This document shows, piece after piece, positions 35,053 through 39,024 of a stretch of 39,024 nt of DNA. The DNA is from Deltaproteobacteria bacterium (GTDB lineage: Bacteria > Desulfobacterota > DSM-4660 > Desulfatiglandales > Desulfatiglandaceae), in contig JAOZQV010000001.1 of NCBI GenBank assembly GCA_029932035.1, forward strand, positions 1-39,024, given 5' to 3'. A program made the translations under genes and the position numbers. The notes beneath the pieces were generated by a model. That model was not told where the DNA came from and searched no databases. It was given only the letters and a program-made list of their open reading frames with translations. How positions within the stretch are numbered: the first letter of the stretch is position 1; the number at the start of each line of letters is the position of its first letter.

Positions 35053-36534
35053 TTAACTGGCTGCCCGGGCCGCCACCACTCGATCATCGAAAGCTTTTTT
35101 CTCTTTGCCAATGATCTGGTATGTTTCGTGACCTTTCCCCGCAATCAGGACCAGATCCCCGTTGTTGGCCATCTTAACCGCCCTTTGAATTGCGTTTTCA
35201 CGATCCAGATCAAGAATATAATCCTTGGAGCCCGACTCAATCACGCCCTCCTCGATCTGAGCCGCAATTGCCCCTGGATCTTCGGTGCGGGGATTGTCTG
35301 AGGTAATAAAGACCATATCGCTCTGCCGCCCCGCCACACGACCCATTGATCTTCTTTTTCCTTTGTCTCTGTCTCCTCCACATCCAAAGACCGTAAGCAC
35401 ACGCCCCTCTGTCAACAACCTTACTGCGCTTAGGGCCTTTAAAAGGGCGTCCGGGGTATGCGCATAATCTACAACAAGGGCTAATGCGCGTTTATTCCTG
35501 ACCTGTTCCAGACGACCTGGCACCCCTTTTGGCAGTCTCAGGCCGGAACATATGGATTTGAGGTCAATGCCCATAGAAAGCGCCCCTGCCGCGGCAGCCA
35601 TTATGTTGTATATATCGAACTCCCCTATGAGTGCAGATCCGATTTCCGCTTCACCTTTAGGGGTTATGAGTTTGGCCGTTAGACCTTCCCTGCTAACGTT
35701 GACCTCCTCCGCCCTTACATCACACTTTTTCCCCATGCCATATGTCATGACCTGGGCGTCTGTCAGTTTGATCAGTTCTTTTCCCCTTGGATCATCAGCA
35801 TTAATCACCGCCTTCGCCGGATCCCCAGCCCCTTGCTGAGCTAAAGGCTTGAAAAGAAGGGTTTTTGCCTCAAAATAGGCCTCCATGGATCTGTGGTAAT
35901 CGAGATGATCCCTGGAAATGTTGGTGAAGATGGCCACACGAAAAGGACATCCTCTGACTCTTCCCTGATCTAAAGAATGGGAAGAGACCTCCATTACTAC
36001 ATCGCTGACAGCGCTATCGGCCATCTCGCGTAAAATATGCATCAGATCCAAGGATTCGGGCGTAGTTACCGGGGCTTCCCTGACATAACCTGAAAATCGG
36101 TAATTAATAGTCCCTATCACACCTGGCTTTCTCCCGGCTGCAAGAAGAATCGATTCAAGGATGTAGGCAGTGGTGGTCTTCCCATTAGTCCCTGTGATAC
36201 CTATCAAATTCATCAGTTTGAAAGGACTATCAAAAAACCTGACAGCAAGTCGCGATAACGCTTCACGGGAGTCCGGGACCTGAATCATGGCGACCCCGTT
36301 TTCGCTTGGAAAAGCGCTGGGACGTAGGGGCAATTCCAAAACCACCGCTAAGGCGCCTTTCGAAATCGCGTCCTCGATAAAATGATGGCCATCCTGTGCA
36401 TGGCCTTTCAAGGCAACGAACAGGGCGCCGGGCCCTATTGCACGGGAATCATAGGCGATATTTGTTATCTCCAAATCAGGGTCGCCCTGGAAATCTACTA
36501 TTTCCATGCCATCTATAAGCTGCTTTAACCGCAT
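35053..36534 (-). CDS. murE: UDP-N-acetylmuramoyl-L-alanyl-D-glutamate--2,6-diaminopimelate ligase MurE
   Basis: GITGTNGKTTTAY, DYAHTPDAL and the DNPR motif (TSDNPRTEDP), which fits meso-DAP specificity. Start ambiguous: ATG 36534 is preferred, GTG 36552 is possible. Confidence 0.93.
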   Translation of the reverse strand: MRLKQLIDGMEIVDFQGDPDLEITNIAYDSRAIGPGALFVALKGHAQDGHHFIEDAISKGALAVVLELPLRPSAFPSENGVAMIQVPDSREALSRLAVRFFDSPFKLMNLIGITGTNGKTTTAYILESILLAAGRKPGVIGTINYRFSGYVREAPVTTPESLDLMHILREMADSAVSDVVMEVSSHSLDQGRVRGCPFRVAIFTNISRDHLDYHRSMEAYFEAKTLLFKPLAQQGAGDPAKAVINADDPRGKELIKLTDAQVMTYGMGKKCDVRAEEVNVSREGLTAKLITPKGEAEIGSALIGEFDIYNIMAAAAGALSMGIDLKSICSGLRLPKGVPGRLEQVRNKRALALVVDYAHTPDALLKALSAVRLLTEGRVLTVFGCGGDRDKGKRRSMGRVAGRQSDMVFITSDNPRTEDPGAIAAQIEEGVIESGSKDYILDLDRENAIQRAVKMANNGDLVLIAGKGHETYQIIGKEKKAFDDRVVAARAAS

Positions 36535-36581
36535 ACTTGTTTTTAGGATCACTATTTAAGAATCGTTCTTGGATTCATAAT

Positions 36582-36653
36582 CTTAATCGTAATCGTAATC
36601 TTAATCATTTTGAGTTTAAACAGATTATGATTAAGATTACGATTAGGATTAGG
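36582..36653. repeat. Long imperfect hairpin built of TAATCN hexamers, copy B (ftsI | murE junction)
   Basis: The left arm cttaatcgtaatcgtaatcttaatcat (36582-36608) pairs with the right arm atgattaagattacgattaggattagg (36627-36653) at 25 of 27 positions. The loop is 18 nt. Confidence 0.85.
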
Positions 36654-36680
36654 AAATATGGTGTTCTCATTCAATTTATC

Positions 36681-38666
36681 CTATCCCGGTGGGTTGAAGC
36701 TAACGCTTACACTATTAACAGCATTCAGTGGCGATCCGGCCTCCGGCTTTTGTTTTACGGCTAATCCAGAACCTTTTAAACTTACCTTCAGGCCCAAAGC
36801 CCTTCCCCTCTTCAGGACCTCTCTCATACCCATACCCCTAAAATCGGGCAACAGCCCCAGCCTAAGTTCACCTGCAATCTTATTCACTTCCTCCGATTTC
36901 GCGCTGTTACCGGAATCTTTAGGCGTATCTGAGACTAACGCCTTTGCTTTGGCCTCAGCCACTGCGAGCAAGTCCGGCTGAGGATTAACTTTGAGGTGAT
37001 TAAGAGACCAGGATCCCACATCTCTGAAGACAGGCCCCGCAACCAATCCCCCATATGCAACGCCCTTTGGTTCATCGATCAGCGCCAAAATCACTAATTT
37101 CGGCCTTTCTACAGGGACAAAACCCACGAAAATTGCGACGTATTTGCTATTGGAGTACCTCTTTGTCTTCGGATCAACCTTTTGCGAGGTTCCAGTCTTT
37201 CCCGCAACCCTAAATCCACGGATGGCGGCCTTTGGCGCCGTGCCCTCGCTGCCTACGACACCTTCAAGTACTTCAACCACTCTCTTTGCTGTCCGGGTTG
37301 AGATAACCCTTCGCACCACCTTAGGGCAAGTTTCTTTAACCACGCCTCCCGATTCGTCGACTATTTTCTTAACAACATAAGGACGCATCAGTTTCCCTCC
37401 ATTTGCAATTGCCGCCATGGCCATTGTCAGTTGTAAAGATGTGGCGGTCATCCCCTGTCCAAAAAAGAGCGTTGCCCGGTCGATGGTTCTTGCCTTTTCT
37501 GCCTCTCTGATAAACCCTTTTCTTTCTCCCAACAGGTCAACACCTGTTTTGCTGCTAAATCCAAAATTCTTTAAGTAGTCGCTAAATTTTGCATATCCCA
37601 GTTTTTGACCAATCTTTATGGCTCCGATATTGCTGGAATGTACGATGATATCCGAAACACTCAATTTGCCATACTTGTGAGTATCGTGGACCACGCGCCC
37701 ACCGACCTTATATGCCCCCTCTTCACAATGGAATTGGGAAAGAGGCGTTACCACTGATTCCTCTAAAGATGCTGCCAAAAGAAACGCCTTCAGGGTAGAG
37801 CCTGGCTCGAAACAGTCGGTAACGATCCGGTTTCTCCATTGATCTGGTCTGTATTTCGAAAAGGCATTGGGGTTAAATTCCGGAACCACGGCCATGGCCA
37901 AGATCTCACCAGTCTCCGGATTTACGACAATGCAGTGCCCCCCCCTGGCTCTTGTTTTCTTTACTGCGATTTTGAGGGCCTGCTGGGCCTTGTACTGAAT
38001 CTCTTTGTCGATTGTGAGGATCAGGTGGTGCATCCCCCGGCCTGAACGGTCTGTCCTGTTAATGGAGAAGGACCGGCCCAATGCATCCCGCATTCGGATA
38101 AGTCTGTGTTGTGGGCCTTTCAAGGAGTCGTCATATCTCTTTTCAAGCCCTTCAAGTCCCTGATTATCAGCGCCGGAAAAACCGATCAGATGCGCAGCAA
38201 TTTCCCGGCAGGGATAGTACCGCCTGGTTTCGGTAGTCACACCGATCCCATCCATTTTCAGATCTGACATCTGTTGAGTCAGGATTGGGGAAATCCTCCT
38301 TTTTATCCAAACAAAAGAACGATCACGTCTCAGGAGTTTAAGTATCCTGGTCTTTTTTTCACCCAAGATCCTGGACAACTGTCTCGCTGTTTTCTTTTTT
38401 TCCTTAATCTGTTTTGGATGGGCAAAAACAGACCCCACCTGCACACTGAGAGCTAACTCATTCCCTTCCCGGTCATAAATGGTTCCGCGTTCGGGAGGGA
38501 GTTTGGTTGTCCCGATTATACCGTTTTCAGCAGTGCCTCGCAGATAATCTCTTTCTATGACCTGGAGCTGGTAGGCCCTGGCAAGGATTGCCCCGAAACC
38601 GAGCAAGAAAAAGGTGGTTACCGCATAAATACGGAACCGAATCCATTTCTTTTCCTTAACCTTCAT
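36681..38666 (-). CDS. ftsI: Peptidoglycan D,D-transpeptidase FtsI (class B PBP) with a C-terminal PASTA-like domain
   Basis: N-terminal TM anchor. SxxK (GSTLK), SxN (HSSN) and KTG (GKTGTS) motifs. The C-terminal ~57 aa look PASTA-like (LPDFRGMGMREVLK...GLKVSLKGSGLAVKQKPEAGSPL). Confidence 0.93.
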   Translation of the reverse strand: MKVKEKKWIRFRIYAVTTFFLLGFGAILARAYQLQVIERDYLRGTAENGIIGTTKLPPERGTIYDREGNELALSVQVGSVFAHPKQIKEKKKTARQLSRILGEKKTRILKLLRRDRSFVWIKRRISPILTQQMSDLKMDGIGVTTETRRYYPCREIAAHLIGFSGADNQGLEGLEKRYDDSLKGPQHRLIRMRDALGRSFSINRTDRSGRGMHHLILTIDKEIQYKAQQALKIAVKKTRARGGHCIVVNPETGEILAMAVVPEFNPNAFSKYRPDQWRNRIVTDCFEPGSTLKAFLLAASLEESVVTPLSQFHCEEGAYKVGGRVVHDTHKYGKLSVSDIIVHSSNIGAIKIGQKLGYAKFSDYLKNFGFSSKTGVDLLGERKGFIREAEKARTIDRATLFFGQGMTATSLQLTMAMAAIANGGKLMRPYVVKKIVDESGGVVKETCPKVVRRVISTRTAKRVVEVLEGVVGSEGTAPKAAIRGFRVAGKTGTSQKVDPKTKRYSNSKYVAIFVGFVPVERPKLVILALIDEPKGVAYGGLVAGPVFRDVGSWSLNHLKVNPQPDLLAVAEAKAKALVSDTPKDSGNSAKSEEVNKIAGELRLGLLPDFRGMGMREVLKRGRALGLKVSLKGSGLAVKQKPEAGSPLNAVNSVSVSFNPPG

Positions 38667-39004
38667 GGCAACATGACAATCTGTTCGGGAGTGGGTTGTC
38701 TCAGTCCCAGATCCTTAACGGCTTTGGACTCCAAATTTTGAGGCGATTTCAAGAGAGCTAATTCCAATCTCAGTTTCCGATTTATCTCTTGAAGCCTCAT
38801 CTCTTCTTTTTTTAATTGACTGAGGTCATAACCGATCTGAGTTTTTTCAAAATTTGACCATACGTAGCTGATGCCGCTTCCCATGAAGAAAAATAACATC
38901 AGGATAATCAAAAGAACTTGCCTTCTCGTGAAACGAGACCTGCGCTCTTTAAACCGGGAATTCTTGACCCGAATACCTGTCTTAGCATTGCGGGACACCA
39001 TCAT
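38663..39004 (-). CDS. ftsL: Cell division protein FtsL-like (bitopic, coiled coil)
   Basis: Basic N-terminus, one TM helix, then a heptad-like region (LKKEEMRLQEINRKLRLELALL). Its position directly upstream of ftsI overlaps it by ATGA. Start is ATG 39004, or TTG 39013 as in the track. Confidence 0.7.
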   Translation of the reverse strand: MMVSRNAKTGIRVKNSRFKERRSRFTRRQVLLIILMLFFFMGSGISYVWSNFEKTQIGYDLSQLKKEEMRLQEINRKLRLELALLKSPQNLESKAVKDLGLRQPTPEQIVMLP

Positions 39005-39024
39005 TCTTGACAACTTCTCTGGCC

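Overview
This looks like a chromosomal segment from a diderm bacterium. The gene content (lapAB, AMIN-amidase, DUF3786, PocR, B12/radical-SAM) suggests an anaerobic, Desulfobacterota-like organism; that is inference only. I saw no rRNA, tRNA, CRISPR array, transposase or integrase.

Left third, mostly + strand: nnr, a UPF0280/ApbE-like protein, an FmdB zinc-ribbon protein (-), a YfcE-like phosphoesterase, a HIT protein, lapA-lapB, mutS and a TPR-AMIN-amidase. prfB follows on the - strand. It carries the classical +1 programmed frameshift, which the ORF track splits so that the first exon is missed.

Middle: a DUF3124 protein, an RCK-gated K+ channel, a Cys-rich DUF3795/DUF3786 protein and an unknown polytopic membrane protein. 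Then comes a minus-strand string of PocR-domain protein, EndoQ-like PHP nuclease, orphan ParA ATPase and a small acidic protein, followed by an MBL hydrolase and a B12/radical-SAM protein.

Right half, - strand: a complete dcw cluster, ftsL-ftsI-murE-murF-[CheY-like receiver]-mraY-murD-ftsW-murG-murC-murB-ftsQ-ftsA-ftsZ, with no ddl.

The most unusual thing I can see directly is the intergenic DNA. Almost every non-overlapping junction in the dcw cluster, and several junctions elsewhere, is occupied by short dispersed repeats built from 6-14 nt periodic units:
- a ~70-bp element in three copies;
- a long TAATCN-hexamer hairpin in two copies;
- a 38-bp ATATTCA-heptamer array in two copies, one abutting the mutS start codon;
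- a 14-mer tandem;
- AATCCCGC hairpins.

The other candidates for follow-up are the PocR/EndoQ/ParA/acidic-protein string and the receiver domain embedded in the dcw cluster.
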